A stretch of DNA of 62,407 nt, the filler included, from Clostridia bacterium (GTDB lineage: Bacteria; CBDUZB01; JAGLHV01): the NCBI GenBank assembly GCA_030637025.1. It is 7 parts of 5 records of this genome, joined end to end, with 100 filler letters (N's around TTAATTAATTAA, not from the genome) between each part and the next. Parts side by side here need not be neighbours in the genome. Positions count along the whole stretch, not along the records: positions 4,479 to 10,279 come from DAOVVV010000008.1; positions 10,380 to 11,908 come from DAOVVV010000008.1; positions 12,009 to 26,683 come from DAOVVV010000047.1; 4 more parts are not named here. One strand, 5' to 3'. This document shows positions 8,297 through 18,457 of this stretch, piece by piece. The notes under the pieces were generated by a model. The model did not search any database. It saw nothing but the letters and a program-made list of their open reading frames with translations, and was not told the origin of the DNA. Numbering within the stretch: the first letter of the stretch is position 1; each line of letters opens with the position of its first letter. Both the position numbers and the translations under genes were made by a program.

Positions 8297-9673
8297 ATGT
8301 TTAGAAAAATGTTAAAAAGGTTTTTTAGATTAGGAATACAAAGTACTTTATATTTAGGTTTGGTATTACCGTTAATTGCTTTTGCGGAAGAAGAGGCGAC
8401 AGCTGCCACTAACGCTGTAGCAATTGATACAGTTTGGACATTAGTAGCGGCTTTTTTGGTTTTCTTTATGCAGCCGGGTTTTGCCATGGTAGAAACAGGT
8501 TTTACCAGAGCGAAGAATTCTGCTAATATTTTAATGAAGAATTTGATGGATTTTTGTATTGGTTCCATGGCTTACTGGTTAGTTGGTTTTGGGATAATGT
8601 TTGGGGCCAGTGCAATGGGCTTTTTTGGAACCGACGGGTTTTTCTTAAGTGCCGGTAATCCGGGTACCGGAGAGGGATTATGGCAATATGCTTTTTGGTT
8701 ATTTCAGGTAGTTTTTGCTGCTACAGCGGCGACTATTGTTTCCGGAGCCGTGGCGGAAAGAACAAAATTTCCTGCTTATTTAGTTTACTCGGTTTTTATC
8801 TGTGCGATAATTTATCCTGTAGTAGGTCATTGGATTTGGGGAGGTGGTTGGCTGAGTAGTAAAGGATTGGTGGATTTTGCCGGTTCGACTGTAGTGCATT
8901 CGGTAGGTGGTTGGGCTGGTTTAGCCGGAGCATTGTTGTTGGGACCTAGACTGGGAAAATATAATAAAGATGGTAGTTCCAATGCTATTCCCGGTCACAA
9001 TATTCCTTTAGGTGCACTGGGTGTATTTATTCTTTGGTTTGGCTGGTTTGGTTTTAATGCCGGTAGTACCACTGCCGGAACAAATTTAAGTATAGCCACG
9101 ATTGCTGTAACTACTAATTTGGCTGCAGCAGCAGCTGCCATTACAGCGATGTTTACTGCATGGAAAAGGTTTGGAAAGCCGGATACCAGTATGGCTTTAA
9201 ACGGAGCGTTAGCCGGATTAGTAGCCATTACTGCCGGTTGTGCTAATGTCTCACCTTTAAGTGCAATACTTATCGGAGCAATAGCCGGAGTATTAGTAGT
9301 GCTCAGTGTTGAATTTATTGACAAAGTTTTACATATTGATGATCCGGTAGGGGCAATATCAGTACACGGAGTTTGTGGAGCGTTCGGAACTCTTGCTGTG
9401 GGATTATTTGCTCAGGCAGCCTATGGTGAATCCAGTGGGATGGGACCAGTTAACGGCCTTTTCTTCGGAGGAGGATTGAGCCAGCTCTTTATCCAGTTAA
9501 CCGGTGTAATATCAGTGTTTATCTGGGTTTTTGGAACATCTTTGCTCCTTTTCTATATAATTAAGAAAACAGTAGGACTGAGAGCTTCGGATGAAGAACA
9601 ATTAAAGGGATTGGATATTAGTGAACACGGAATGGAAGCTTATTCCGGTTTTCAAATTTTCACAACGGAATAA
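8297..9673 (+). CDS. amtB: Ammonium transporter
   Basis: FMQPGFAMVETG, DFAGSTVVHSVGG, DDPVGAISVHG; ATG 8297 follows AAGGAGG. Confidence 0.97.
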   Translation: MFRKMLKRFFRLGIQSTLYLGLVLPLIAFAEEEATAATNAVAIDTVWTLVAAFLVFFMQPGFAMVETGFTRAKNSANILMKNLMDFCIGSMAYWLVGFGIMFGASAMGFFGTDGFFLSAGNPGTGEGLWQYAFWLFQVVFAATAATIVSGAVAERTKFPAYLVYSVFICAIIYPVVGHWIWGGGWLSSKGLVDFAGSTVVHSVGGWAGLAGALLLGPRLGKYNKDGSSNAIPGHNIPLGALGVFILWFGWFGFNAGSTTAGTNLSIATIAVTTNLAAAAAAITAMFTAWKRFGKPDTSMALNGALAGLVAITAGCANVSPLSAILIGAIAGVLVVLSVEFIDKVLHIDDPVGAISVHGVCGAFGTLAVGLFAQAAYGESSGMGPVNGLFFGGGLSQLFIQLTGVISVFIWVFGTSLLLFYIIKKTVGLRASDEEQLKGLDISEHGMEAYSGFQIFTTE

Positions 9674-9681
9674 AGACAGAT

Positions 9682-9716
9682 GGTTAAGGTTGCCCAATTA
9701 ATGGGTAACCTTAACC
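9682..9716. terminator. Strong hairpin after amtB (terminator or mRNA stabiliser)
   Basis: GGTTAAGGTTGCCCA-attaa-TGGGTAACCTTAACC; no U-tract. Confidence 0.55.
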
Positions 9717-9734
9717 GGGGAATTAACAAATTAA

Positions 9735-9853
9735 AGAGTTCTGTGAAATGCCACATTTTGTCATTCCGTACTTGATACGGAATCTATGAGGTATAGATTC
9801 CTGCTTCCGCAGGAATGACAATAAAGGAAAAAAGGCTATTTTGCAAAAGTCTA
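9735..9853. mobile_element. MITE family A, copy 2 (minimal form)
   Basis: AGAGTTCTGTGAAA ... TTTTGCAAAAGTCT; same internal REP doublet without inserts. Confidence 0.8.
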
Positions 9854-9882
9854 AACTAAATTAGGAAGAGGAGGAGTTTAAA

Positions 9883-10224
9883 ATGAAACTGATAATAGCA
9901 ATGATTCAACCGCACAAATTACCGGATGTTAAAAAAGCATTGTATGGTGCTCATGTTTTTAAAATGACAGTTACCAACGCTTTAGGATGCGGCCAGCAGA
10001 AAGGATTCAGTGAAACCTATAGAGGGGTAATTCACGAAGTAAATCTGCTCAAAAAATTAAAATTGGAGATAGCAGTTAATGATGATTTTGTTGATGCTAC
10101 TGTTGAAGCGATTATTAAAGGAGCAAGAAGCGGTAAAATCGGAGATGGTAAAATTTTTGTTGTTGACCTGGGAAATTGTATTCGCATAAGAACAGGGGAA
10201 AAAGGTAAAGAAGCAATTGGTTAA
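9883..10224 (+). CDS. glnK: P-II family nitrogen regulator
   Basis: [26 protein letters not shown]; adjacent to amtB. Confidence 0.92.
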   Translation: MKLIIAMIQPHKLPDVKKALYGAHVFKMTVTNALGCGQQKGFSETYRGVIHEVNLLKKLKLEIAVNDDFVDATVEAIIKGARSGKIGDGKIFVVDLGNCIRIRTGEKGKEAIG

Positions 10225-10279
10225 GATGAAAAAGTCTAATTTTTAAGCAAAAAGCTTAAAAATGAGCAGGTAATGCACA

Positions 10280-10379
10280 NNNNNNNNNNNNNNNNNNNNN
10301 NNNNNNNNNNNNNNNNNNNNNNNTTAATTAATTAANNNNNNNNNNNNNNNNNNNNNNNNNNNNNNNNNNNNNNNNNNNN
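10280..10379. other. Artificial contig spacer
   Basis: N44-TTAATTAATTAA-N44. Confidence 0.98.
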
Positions 10380-10380
10380 G

Positions 10381-10515
10381 ATGTTAAATAAAAGTAAAGG
10401 GGATTACGCTTACAATATTATTGACGTTTCTACTATGCCGGATGAGGAAACATTAAAGGCGATGTACAGTATTAAAGGTATTGTGAAAGTCAGAGCTTTA
10501 CGCCTAAAAAAATAA
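10381..10515 (+). CDS. serA: C-terminal ACT domain fragment of D-3-phosphoglycerate dehydrogenase
   Basis: Own translation MLNKSKGDYAYNIIDV...IKGIVKVRAL*, not in the ORF track. Confidence 0.78.
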   Translation: MLNKSKGDYAYNIIDVSTMPDEETLKAMYSIKGIVKVRALRLKK

Positions 10516-11100
10516 TTTAGGTTCATTAGGTGCCCCCCTTTGTTTTCTGTGAGTTTTGGGAAAAACAAAGAAGCGTAATTTTAATTAAATTTATTTTGTA
10601 AGTTTTATTTTTTTATTTCAATATAAGTTTTTTTACGATACTTAAATATTTACCGATTTTGGGGTTATCCTTTATCAATCTGAAATAATCACTGCTTAAA
10701 AACTTTATTTACGGTGTTTTCTTATCTTTGTCCGGTAAATATTCAGTATCGTAGTAATATCTGTTTTTTTGAAAAATAAATGTCTTATCGCCAATGGTTA
10801 ACATTGCCTGTTTTAATTTTTCTTCAAGCTTTCCATCGAAGATTGTTCCGGAAGATATTATGGAAGGCAGGAGACATCTTACATTTCCACACCTTTAAAA
10901 AAGTTCCCTGAGTAGACAAATAGTCTAAAATTTTAATTTTTTTACTTGGCTCTTTTGTATTAAAACACTAAAAACAGCTTCTATTTTATTTAGTTGTTCG
11001 CTTTAGTATAATTTAGTATAATAACTAATAAAGTCCGGAGGGTAGAAGTTCAAAAATAAAACATTTTTGATACTACTTAATTTAATCAGGGGATGGTAAT

Positions 11101-11538
11101 ATGAAATTAACCAGTTCCGCATTTGTTGACGGGGGAAATATTCCTTCAAAGTATACTTGTGATGATAAAAATATATCCCCACCGTTAGAAATAAGTGATG
11201 TCCCTAAAAACGCTGAGATATTAGTCCTTATTATGGATGATCCTGATGCACCTATGGGGACGTTTGTTCACTGGGTGGTATGGAATATTCCTAAGGATAC
11301 CGTAAATATCCCGGAAGGGACTGAACCGGCGGGGGTACAGGGTATAACAGACTTTGGCAAAACAGGATATGGCGCACCTTGTCCACCTTCAGGAACCCAT
11401 TCTTATAGGCTCAGGTTATATGCTTTAAATAAAAAGTTGGAACTGAAGGAAAAGTCAGGGAAGAAAGATGTAGAAATAGCTATGGAGGAATATATCATTG
11501 AGAGCGTTTTATTAACGGGGAAATATAAGAGAAGCTGA
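11101..11538 (+). CDS. YbhB/YbcL (PEBP) family protein
   Basis: MDDPDAP, FVHWVVWNIP, PCPPSGTH. Confidence 0.95.
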   Translation: MKLTSSAFVDGGNIPSKYTCDDKNISPPLEISDVPKNAEILVLIMDDPDAPMGTFVHWVVWNIPKDTVNIPEGTEPAGVQGITDFGKTGYGAPCPPSGTHSYRLRLYALNKKLELKEKSGKKDVEIAMEEYIIESVLLTGKYKRS

Positions 11539-11579
11539 ATTAAAAGGAAAATATGATTCAAAAAGGGGATAGATTTTAA

Positions 11580-11908
11580 ATGTTAAGGATAGAAAATTTA
11601 AGTGTTTCAGTATCGGGAAAAGAAGTCTTAACTGATATAAACCTTGAAATTAAGAAGGGTGAAAGACTTGCCGTTCTTGGCCCGAATGGTTCGGGTAAAA
11701 CTTCCCTTCTTATGGCCATAATGGGTTTTTCCGATTATAAAATTACCCGGGGAAATATTATATTTAAAGGAAAACAAATAAATGGTTTATCTATTGATGA
11801 GCGTGCTCGTTTAGGCATGGGAATTATATTCCAGAGGCCGCCTACGATAAGAGGGGTTCGGCTTAGGCAGATGGTAAATATGATAAAGCATAATGATTTT
11901 GACACTGA
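11580..11908 (+). CDS. SufC-like ABC ATPase (5' fragment)
   Basis: GPNGSGKTS, ERARLG..FQRPPTIRGV. Confidence 0.85.
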
Positions 11909-12008
11909 NNNNNNNNNNNNNNNNNNNNNNNNNNNNNNNNNNNNNNNNNNNNTTAATTAATTAANNNNNNNNNNNNNNNNNNNNNNNNNNNNNNNNNNNN
12001 NNNNNNNN
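11909..12008. other. Artificial contig spacer
   Basis: N44-TTAATTAATTAA-N44. Confidence 0.98.
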
Positions 12009-12146
12009 ATTCAGGATGTTAATATTCCGGCGGAGAAAGTTAGGATTAAAGGGCATGGAGCAAGCAGGCCGAGAGCTTCTAATGCTACAGCTAAAGGAAG
12101 AGCTAAAAACAGAAGGGTGGAAATTATTGTAATTCCGGAAAAATAA
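12009..12146 (+). CDS. OmpA/MotB C-terminal peptidoglycan-binding domain (3' fragment)
   Basis: Own translation ...GHGASRPRASNATAKGRAKNRRVEII*. Confidence 0.9.
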   Translation: MQDVNIPAEKVRIKGHGASRPRASNATAKGRAKNRRVEIIVIPEK

Positions 12147-12294
12147 TTTATCTTATGAATTAACGGCTAAATTGGTAGAATGACTTTTGGTGTATGATTT
12201 AATGGAATATGAAACTAAAAAGTGGCTGAAATTTGAATAGCATGCTATATTTACAAATAGATGGAAGAATAATAAAAAAATTCGAAGGGATAAT

Positions 12295-14394
12295 GTGGAA
12301 AAGAGTAAAAAAGGAAAAATTATTTTTATTGGGTGTTTTATTTTATATGTTATTATACAGCCGATATTTTGTGCCGGGGAGAAAGAAGGTACAGCCGCAG
12401 GAATCATTTTAAAGAAGGAAATAGGTGCCCGACAAATGGGTATGGGGGGAGCACAGACGGCCATAGTGGATGATGTAAATGCTCTTTGTTATAATCCAGC
12501 CGGATTAGCGAGCATTACCCATGCAGAAATGAGTACAATGTATTTGGATGGATTGGCAGATGTAATTTATGGATTTATGGGGTATGTCCAACCATTAAAA
12601 ACAATTCCCGATTCAAAATTGAAGAATAAAGAAGAAAAAGGCAGGTATGGAACTTTAGGAATAGGAGTACTTGCTTTGCAGGGGGGAGAAATAGAAATAA
12701 ATTATTTAGATGGAACTTCAGAAAAAAAGATAGTACAAGCAGATTATCTTTTAACCGTAGGATATGGAAGGGAGATTAAAAAAATACTGCTGGGAATAAA
12801 CTTTAAAACAATTTATACCACTTTGGTGGAAAAATACAGTGCATATGCTTTTGCGTTAGATGTGGGTGGAATTTATAGGTTCCCTTATGATAAGTTGAAA
12901 GGATTAAGTCTTGGTGTTGTTTTGCAAAATTTGGGTACAGAAATAAAATATGAAGAAAATGGGGATCCGTTACCTTTAACCATTAAAATAGGTGCTGCTT
13001 ATAAAAAGAGATTTAATCGGATGCATTATATACAAGGAGCAGTGGATGTTCTAAAGAGCACGGACAATCAAGTAAGGAAAAATATAGGACTGGAATACGT
13101 TTTTAACGATAGATTAGCCGGAAGGATAGGAACCAGGCTGGGTTATGATTTAGGGGGAATGACTTATGGTTTAGGTATATATATGAATAAAGTAAAATTA
13201 GATTATGCGTGGATATATGGAAAGGATTGGGATAATCGGCACCTGATTTCTCTTTCTTTCCCATTTTCAGGAAGGCCAATCAAAAAGGAAAAAAAGAAAA
13301 GAAAAATAAAAAGAGAAAAATCCGGGAAAATTATGCATGAATTTAGTTACGGCATGGATCTTTTTATGAAAAGAAAATGGATAGAGGCAGTGAAAGTTTG
13401 GGAAGGAATATCAGAGAAAGATCCAAAACATAAATGGGCTTTAACCTGTGCTCAGAAAACAAGAAAAAGATTGACCACGGAAGTAAGAGAATATTGCAAT
13501 GAAGCTAAGCAATATTATGAAAAAAAAGAATGGGGAAATGCTTATCAGCTTTGGGTAAAAGCGTGGGAATTGTCCGGGAGAGAGGAAAAAAGAGCGGGAG
13601 AAGGAATAAAAAAAATAAAAAGAAACTTAAAAGTTATGTTTGATTTGGGAGAAAAATTTTATAATAGAGGGAAATATGGTGAAGCGCTCAAAGAATGGAT
13701 AGGGATTAATAGTAAATATCCGGGATATTTAAAAGTAAAAGAAAAAATAGAAAGTGCACGGATTAAAATAAGAGAAATGGATAATAAGGAACAGAAAAAA
13801 ATAGTTAACAATATTATAGCTGAAGCGGTTAATTATAATAGAAAGAGTAAATATTCAAAGGCGGTAGAAAAATTAGGACAAGTTTTAAAAATAAAACCTT
13901 CCCACGAAAAAGCTGTTTTTTATATAAATAAAATAACACAGGAATATTTTAAAAAAGGAATGGTCTTTTATCGAAAAGGAGAATTTTCAGAAGCAATTAA
14001 TTGTTGGGGTAAAATTATTAAAATTAATCCGGGAGATAAAAAAGCTAAAATGTGGATAAAAAAAGCAAAGAAAGATTTTAATAAGAAAGTAGTTATATTT
14101 TATAAAAAAGGAATAAACAAATATAACGAAGGTGATTATATAGGTGCGATTAGCTTTTGGAAGAAGGGCTTACGCTGGGTACCGGAGCATAAAGAAATGC
14201 GGCGATTTGCTATTGAAGCAAATTTAGCACAGGGTATTTTGTACTATCGGGAGAACAAATTAGGAGGGGCGATTGATTTTTGGAAGGAAGTGTTAAGACT
14301 GGATCCCAAACATCAGAAAGTGTTGAGTTATTTACGAAGAGCAAAAATGAAACAAAAGAGTTTAGAAGAATTAAACAAAGAAATAAATAAATAA
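12295..14394 (+). CDS. PorV/UPF0164-like beta-barrel fused to a long TPR region
   Basis: GARQMGMGGA..YNPAGLA barrel N-terminal motif; repeated 'A...W..VL..DP' TPRs. Confidence 0.8.
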   Translation: MEKSKKGKIIFIGCFILYVIIQPIFCAGEKEGTAAGIILKKEIGARQMGMGGAQTAIVDDVNALCYNPAGLASITHAEMSTMYLDGLADVIYGFMGYVQPLKTIPDSKLKNKEEKGRYGTLGIGVLALQGGEIEINYLDGTSEKKIVQADYLLTVGYGREIKKILLGINFKTIYTTLVEKYSAYAFALDVGGIYRFPYDKLKGLSLGVVLQNLGTEIKYEENGDPLPLTIKIGAAYKKRFNRMHYIQGAVDVLKSTDNQVRKNIGLEYVFNDRLAGRIGTRLGYDLGGMTYGLGIYMNKVKLDYAWIYGKDWDNRHLISLSFPFSGRPIKKEKKKRKIKREKSGKIMHEFSYGMDLFMKRKWIEAVKVWEGISEKDPKHKWALTCAQKTRKRLTTEVREYCNEAKQYYEKKEWGNAYQLWVKAWELSGREEKRAGEGIKKIKRNLKVMFDLGEKFYNRGKYGEALKEWIGINSKYPGYLKVKEKIESARIKIREMDNKEQKKIVNNIIAEAVNYNRKSKYSKAVEKLGQVLKIKPSHEKAVFYINKITQEYFKKGMVFYRKGEFSEAINCWGKIIKINPGDKKAKMWIKKAKKDFNKKVVIFYKKGINKYNEGDYIGAISFWKKGLRWVPEHKEMRRFAIEANLAQGILYYRENKLGGAIDFWKEVLRLDPKHQKVLSYLRRAKMKQKSLEELNKEINK

Positions 14395-14407
14395 ATGGGG
14401 TCAGAAT

Positions 14408-14443
14408 AAATAAATGGGGTCAGGCCTTGAAATGTGAATTTAG
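14408..14443 (+). repeat. Solo copy of RAYT left end (plus partial copy at 14389-14405)
   Basis: AAATAAATGGGGTCAGGCCTTGAAATGTGAATTTAG. Confidence 0.92.
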
Positions 14444-14530
14444 GCGACAGAAGGAAAAAAAGTTTATATAAATGTTCCATAAGATATAATTTTTAGATAC
14501 GGTTGAATTGTACAAGGGGGTGGATGAATA

Positions 14531-16558
14531 TTGAATAAAGCATATTTCACAAATAAAACAATTGTTTTTGTTTTGTTTATTTTAGTTAGATTAGTTTGTT
14601 GGGCAGAAGGAGCCTGGTTAGATGGTTGGTCCAGGCGAGCACCTATAACCGTTACCGGTTCTACCGTTGGGGCACAAACCAATTATCAGGTAAAAAGGGA
14701 AGTCACTTATGATGCGGATATGCAGGGAGATTTTGACGATATAAGGTTTACTTCCTCTGATGGGATAACCCTGCTTGATTATTGGCTGGAGGTTTCTACC
14801 CCTTCGATTGCTGCTACTTTCTGGATAGAAGTTCCTTCTATTCCTGTTTCACCCGGTACCAGTTCAATATATATCTATTATGGAAATCCGTCGATAGGTT
14901 CTGATGCTGACGGGGGTAATACTTTTATCCTTTTTGATGATTTTGAATATCAGGATGCAGATGCAGATACTGCTTTATGGACTCCGCGTTACGAAGTAGG
15001 TGGTAGTTTGGGTTCGGCAGATATTGGGATAACTGAGAGCGGGAAATTACGGACTTATCAAGGTAAAGCAGATGTAGCAGAACTGACAAAATGGTATGCT
15101 GTGCATGGAGATGGGCAACAACTTCCTGCTGATTTTGCCGCGGAAGTAGAATGGCAAATAGTTGGCGGTATGGATTCTGTGTCGAATTCCTTTGAAGTAA
15201 GAAATGTAAGTCAGTTAACCGGTACTACGGGTTTTGTAGAAATCGGACGAAGTTATTATTATACTGGTGCAGGGGTATATGGAATACATATGTCACAGGA
15301 TGATGCAAATTTTTATAGCGTTATAAATTATGCCATGACAGGTAAATTTCGTTTTAGGAAAGAGGTTAATATCATTTATGGGGATTATGATGTAGGGGAT
15401 GGTTGGGTCAATTTAGGGAATTATTCTATTGCATACGATAGTTATATAGGTTTTTCGGAGAAATCATGGGTGTATACTATGATGAGTTCTGCTGAGTGTA
15501 GATGGGACAACCTGTTCGTTCGTAAATATATTTCTCCGGAACCGCTGGTAGGGATAATAGGAAGCGAAGAAAATGGAAATAGTAGTACTATGTTTACCAA
15601 TTTTTCAGGGGCAGATAAAACCGTTTATAATGTTACGGAGGATATTTATGTAACAGTAACTGATTTGGACGAAAATACCAACCCGTTATCACAGCAAACA
15701 GTCATTGTTACTATTACCAATAGCCTTACCGGGGATAGCGAGACAATTACTCTGATAGAAACAGGGAATGATACAGGAGTATTTAGGAATACATCCGGAG
15801 TTCCGATGAATATTAATCCTGTTGGTATACCTGGTAATAACGAATTGGAAGTGATTGGTGGAGAGAATATAAATGTGGGTTATACTGACAATGATGATGG
15901 AGGAGACAGCTCCGGTGATATTGCTAATTTAACGGATTCTACTTTGCCTCAAACACCAATAGTAAGTCTTACTTCTTTTTCCGGGGGAACAACTATGAAA
16001 AAAGATGAAAGAGCAATAGTTAATGGGTCGACAGAATTAGAGGTAAGTATTTATAATGTGGTGGTAAAGGATCAGCAGGAAAATGTTTTAAGTGAAGGGA
16101 TAACTACGCAGGTAAATATAAATGCCCTGGGAGAAATTAGCGGATATGTAGACTTAGGAAGTTTAGAGGTCTATCCTTTAGTTAAGGCAATAAAAGTAGA
16201 AATAATAGTAGAAGAGGGGTCTGGTAACAGATCATCTGCGGGTGTTTCTAATTATGTAAGAATAGCATCCGGAATAAATAAAATTACTCCCTATAACAAT
16301 TTATTTAATCCTAAAAAAGGAGAAGGATGCCAGATAAAAATAGAATTGATAGAGGATACTCATGTTACCGTGAAATTGTATACTTTGGTAGGAGATTTGG
16401 TTAAAGTTTTGGTAGACGAAGATAAACAAACCGGTACCGAGATAATTTATTGGTATGGAAAAAATAATTTTGGTGATGAGGTAGCCAGCGGGACCTACTT
16501 GTTACGCATAGAAGCAGGAAGTTTTAAAGACACCAAAAAAATATGCATCATTAAATAA
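14531..16558 (+). CDS. Secreted DUF2341-domain protein with C-terminal FlgD-Ig/T9SS-CTD-like domain, paralog 1
   Basis: Signal peptide; W..RRAPITV, DFDDIRFT, YWLE, IYIYYGNP; C-term NLFNP..IKIEL..WYGKN..VASGTY. Confidence 0.85.
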   Translation: MNKAYFTNKTIVFVLFILVRLVCWAEGAWLDGWSRRAPITVTGSTVGAQTNYQVKREVTYDADMQGDFDDIRFTSSDGITLLDYWLEVSTPSIAATFWIEVPSIPVSPGTSSIYIYYGNPSIGSDADGGNTFILFDDFEYQDADADTALWTPRYEVGGSLGSADIGITESGKLRTYQGKADVAELTKWYAVHGDGQQLPADFAAEVEWQIVGGMDSVSNSFEVRNVSQLTGTTGFVEIGRSYYYTGAGVYGIHMSQDDANFYSVINYAMTGKFRFRKEVNIIYGDYDVGDGWVNLGNYSIAYDSYIGFSEKSWVYTMMSSAECRWDNLFVRKYISPEPLVGIIGSEENGNSSTMFTNFSGADKTVYNVTEDIYVTVTDLDENTNPLSQQTVIVTITNSLTGDSETITLIETGNDTGVFRNTSGVPMNINPVGIPGNNELEVIGGENINVGYTDNDDGGDSSGDIANLTDSTLPQTPIVSLTSFSGGTTMKKDERAIVNGSTELEVSIYNVVVKDQQENVLSEGITTQVNINALGEISGYVDLGSLEVYPLVKAIKVEIIVEEGSGNRSSAGVSNYVRIASGINKITPYNNLFNPKKGEGCQIKIELIEDTHVTVKLYTLVGDLVKVLVDEDKQTGTEIIYWYGKNNFGDEVASGTYLLRIEAGSFKDTKKICIIK

Positions 16559-16560
16559 TT

Positions 16561-16626
16561 AAATAAATGGGGTCAGACCTTGAAATGTGAATTTAGTTTG
16601 ACAAAAGAAGAAAAAAAGTCTATATA
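16561..16626 (+). promoter_or_regulatory. Solo RAYT left end followed by a sigma70 promoter
   Basis: AAATAAATGGGGTCAGACCTTGAAATGTGAATTTAG, then TTGACA(16598)-17 nt-TATATA(16621). Confidence 0.85.
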
Positions 16627-16687
16627 AATGTTCTATAAGGTATAATTTTTAGAGACGGTTGAATTGTTCAAGGGAGTGGGATTAATC

Positions 16688-18388
16688 GTGAAAAAAGCAT
16701 ATTTTGGAAATAAAACAATTGTTTTTGTTTTGTTTATTTTAGTTAGATTAGTTTGTTGGGCAGAAGGAGCCTGGTTAGATGGTTGGTCCAGGCGAGCACC
16801 TATAACCGTTACCGGTTCTACCGTTGGTGCACAAACCAATTATCAGGTAAAAAGGGAAGTCACTTATGATGCGGATATGCAGGGAGATTTTGACGATATC
16901 AGGTTTACTTCCTCTGATGGGATAACCCTGCTTGATTATTGGCTGGAGGTTTCTACCCCTTCGATTGCTGCTACTTTCTGGATAGAAGTTCCTTCTATTC
17001 CTGTTTCACCCGGTACCGGTTCAATATATATCTATTATGGAAATCCGTCGGTAGGTTCTGATGCTGACGGGGGTAATACTTTTATCCTTTTTGATGATTT
17101 TAATTATCAGGATGCCGATGCAGATACTGCTTTATGGACTCCTCGCTATGAAGTAGGTAGTAGTTTGGGGTTGGCAGACATTGGGATAACTGAGAGCGGA
17201 AAATTACGAACTTATCAAGATAGAGCAGATGGAGTAGAACAGAAAAAGTGGTATGCTGTGCATGGAGATGGGCAACAACTCCCTGTTGATTTTGCCGCAG
17301 AAGTAGAATGGCGAATTCTTACTGATTATCCGGATGCTGCATCAAATTCATTTGAAGTAAGAAATATAAATCAGTTAACCGGAGAGACTGGATTTGTAGA
17401 AATCGGACGAGCTTATTATCAATGTAGTACGAATGGGATACGAATGAGTCAGGATAATAGCAATGATTACACTTTTGCGACTCAGAGTCGTAATGGCAAA
17501 TATCGTTTGAGAAAGTTGGGCAACACAATTTACGGGGATTATGATATAGGGGGTGGTTGGGTCAATTTAGGGAGTTATTCAATTTCATATGATACTTATA
17601 TTGGTTTTGCGGCGAAGTCATGGGTATATGAAATGCAATGTAATGCAGATTGTAGATGGGAGAACCTTTTTATTCACCAATATGTTTCTCCTGAACCATT
17701 AGTAGGACCAATCGGGGGAGAAGATGGTGGAGGGAGTAATACTATGTTTACCGATGCATCAGGGATAGAAAAGTTTTCCTATAATACCCAAGAAGGTATC
17801 TATGTTACCGTGATAGATGCTGATGAAAATAATAATGGAATTTCCCGGGAAACAGTAACAGTTACCCTTACGGATAGTTTTACCGGTGATAGCGAGACGA
17901 TTACCCTGACAGAAACAGGGAATGACACAGGGATATTTAGAAATACCGTCGGACTTGGTCTGGATATTAATTTTGTAGGTGTACCGGGTAATTCCCAATT
18001 GGAAGTAGCGGGAGGGGAAAATATAAAGGTGAGCTATACAGACGATGATGATTTTTCGGATATAAGTTTTGATAATGTAAGCGCAGCAATAACGGTAAAG
18101 GATAAATTGCATTCTAATTTTCCTAATCCATTTAGGCCGCATAAGGACACAAATACCACGATACAATATGATTTAGAGCAGGATGTAAATAGTATAAGGA
18201 TTCAGATTTATACAGTTAACGGAGATTTAATAAAAAAATGGGAGGGAGAAACTACATCAGGAAGGCACCGTATTTTGTGGGACGGGAAGAATGATAATAA
18301 AAAAGCTGTATCTTCGGGGATGTATTTTATAGTAATAAAGAAGAACGGTAAAATAATGGATAGAAAAAGAATGGTAATAATAAAGTAA
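16688..18388 (+). CDS. Secreted DUF2341-domain protein with C-terminal FlgD-Ig/T9SS-CTD-like domain, paralog 2
   Basis: GTG 16688 aligns with the paralog 1 start; C-term NFPNPF..IQIY..WDGKN..VSSGMY..IIK. Confidence 0.85.
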   Translation: MKKAYFGNKTIVFVLFILVRLVCWAEGAWLDGWSRRAPITVTGSTVGAQTNYQVKREVTYDADMQGDFDDIRFTSSDGITLLDYWLEVSTPSIAATFWIEVPSIPVSPGTGSIYIYYGNPSVGSDADGGNTFILFDDFNYQDADADTALWTPRYEVGSSLGLADIGITESGKLRTYQDRADGVEQKKWYAVHGDGQQLPVDFAAEVEWRILTDYPDAASNSFEVRNINQLTGETGFVEIGRAYYQCSTNGIRMSQDNSNDYTFATQSRNGKYRLRKLGNTIYGDYDIGGGWVNLGSYSISYDTYIGFAAKSWVYEMQCNADCRWENLFIHQYVSPEPLVGPIGGEDGGGSNTMFTDASGIEKFSYNTQEGIYVTVIDADENNNGISRETVTVTLTDSFTGDSETITLTETGNDTGIFRNTVGLGLDINFVGVPGNSQLEVAGGENIKVSYTDDDDFSDISFDNVSAAITVKDKLHSNFPNPFRPHKDTNTTIQYDLEQDVNSIRIQIYTVNGDLIKKWEGETTSGRHRILWDGKNDNKKAVSSGMYFIVIKKNGKIMDRKRMVIIK

Positions 18389-18422
18389 ATAAACGGGGTC
18401 AGACCTTGAAATGTGAATTTAG

Positions 18423-18451
18423 TTGACAGAATAAGAAAACAGGGATAGTAT
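18423..18451 (+). promoter_or_regulatory. Putative leaderless sigma70 promoter of the transposase
   Basis: TTGACA-17 nt-TAGTAT, with ATG 6 nt later. Confidence 0.6.
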
Positions 18452-18457
18452 CTATAT

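Noticed and set aside
10516-11100. Possible small or decayed minus-strand gene in the long intergenic gap
   Set aside because: Only short interrupted frames with no recognisable motif.
14531-18388. Paralog pair as a diversity-generating retroelement TR/VR
   Set aside because: No reverse transcriptase in the window, differences are not confined to adenines, and both copies are intact genes.
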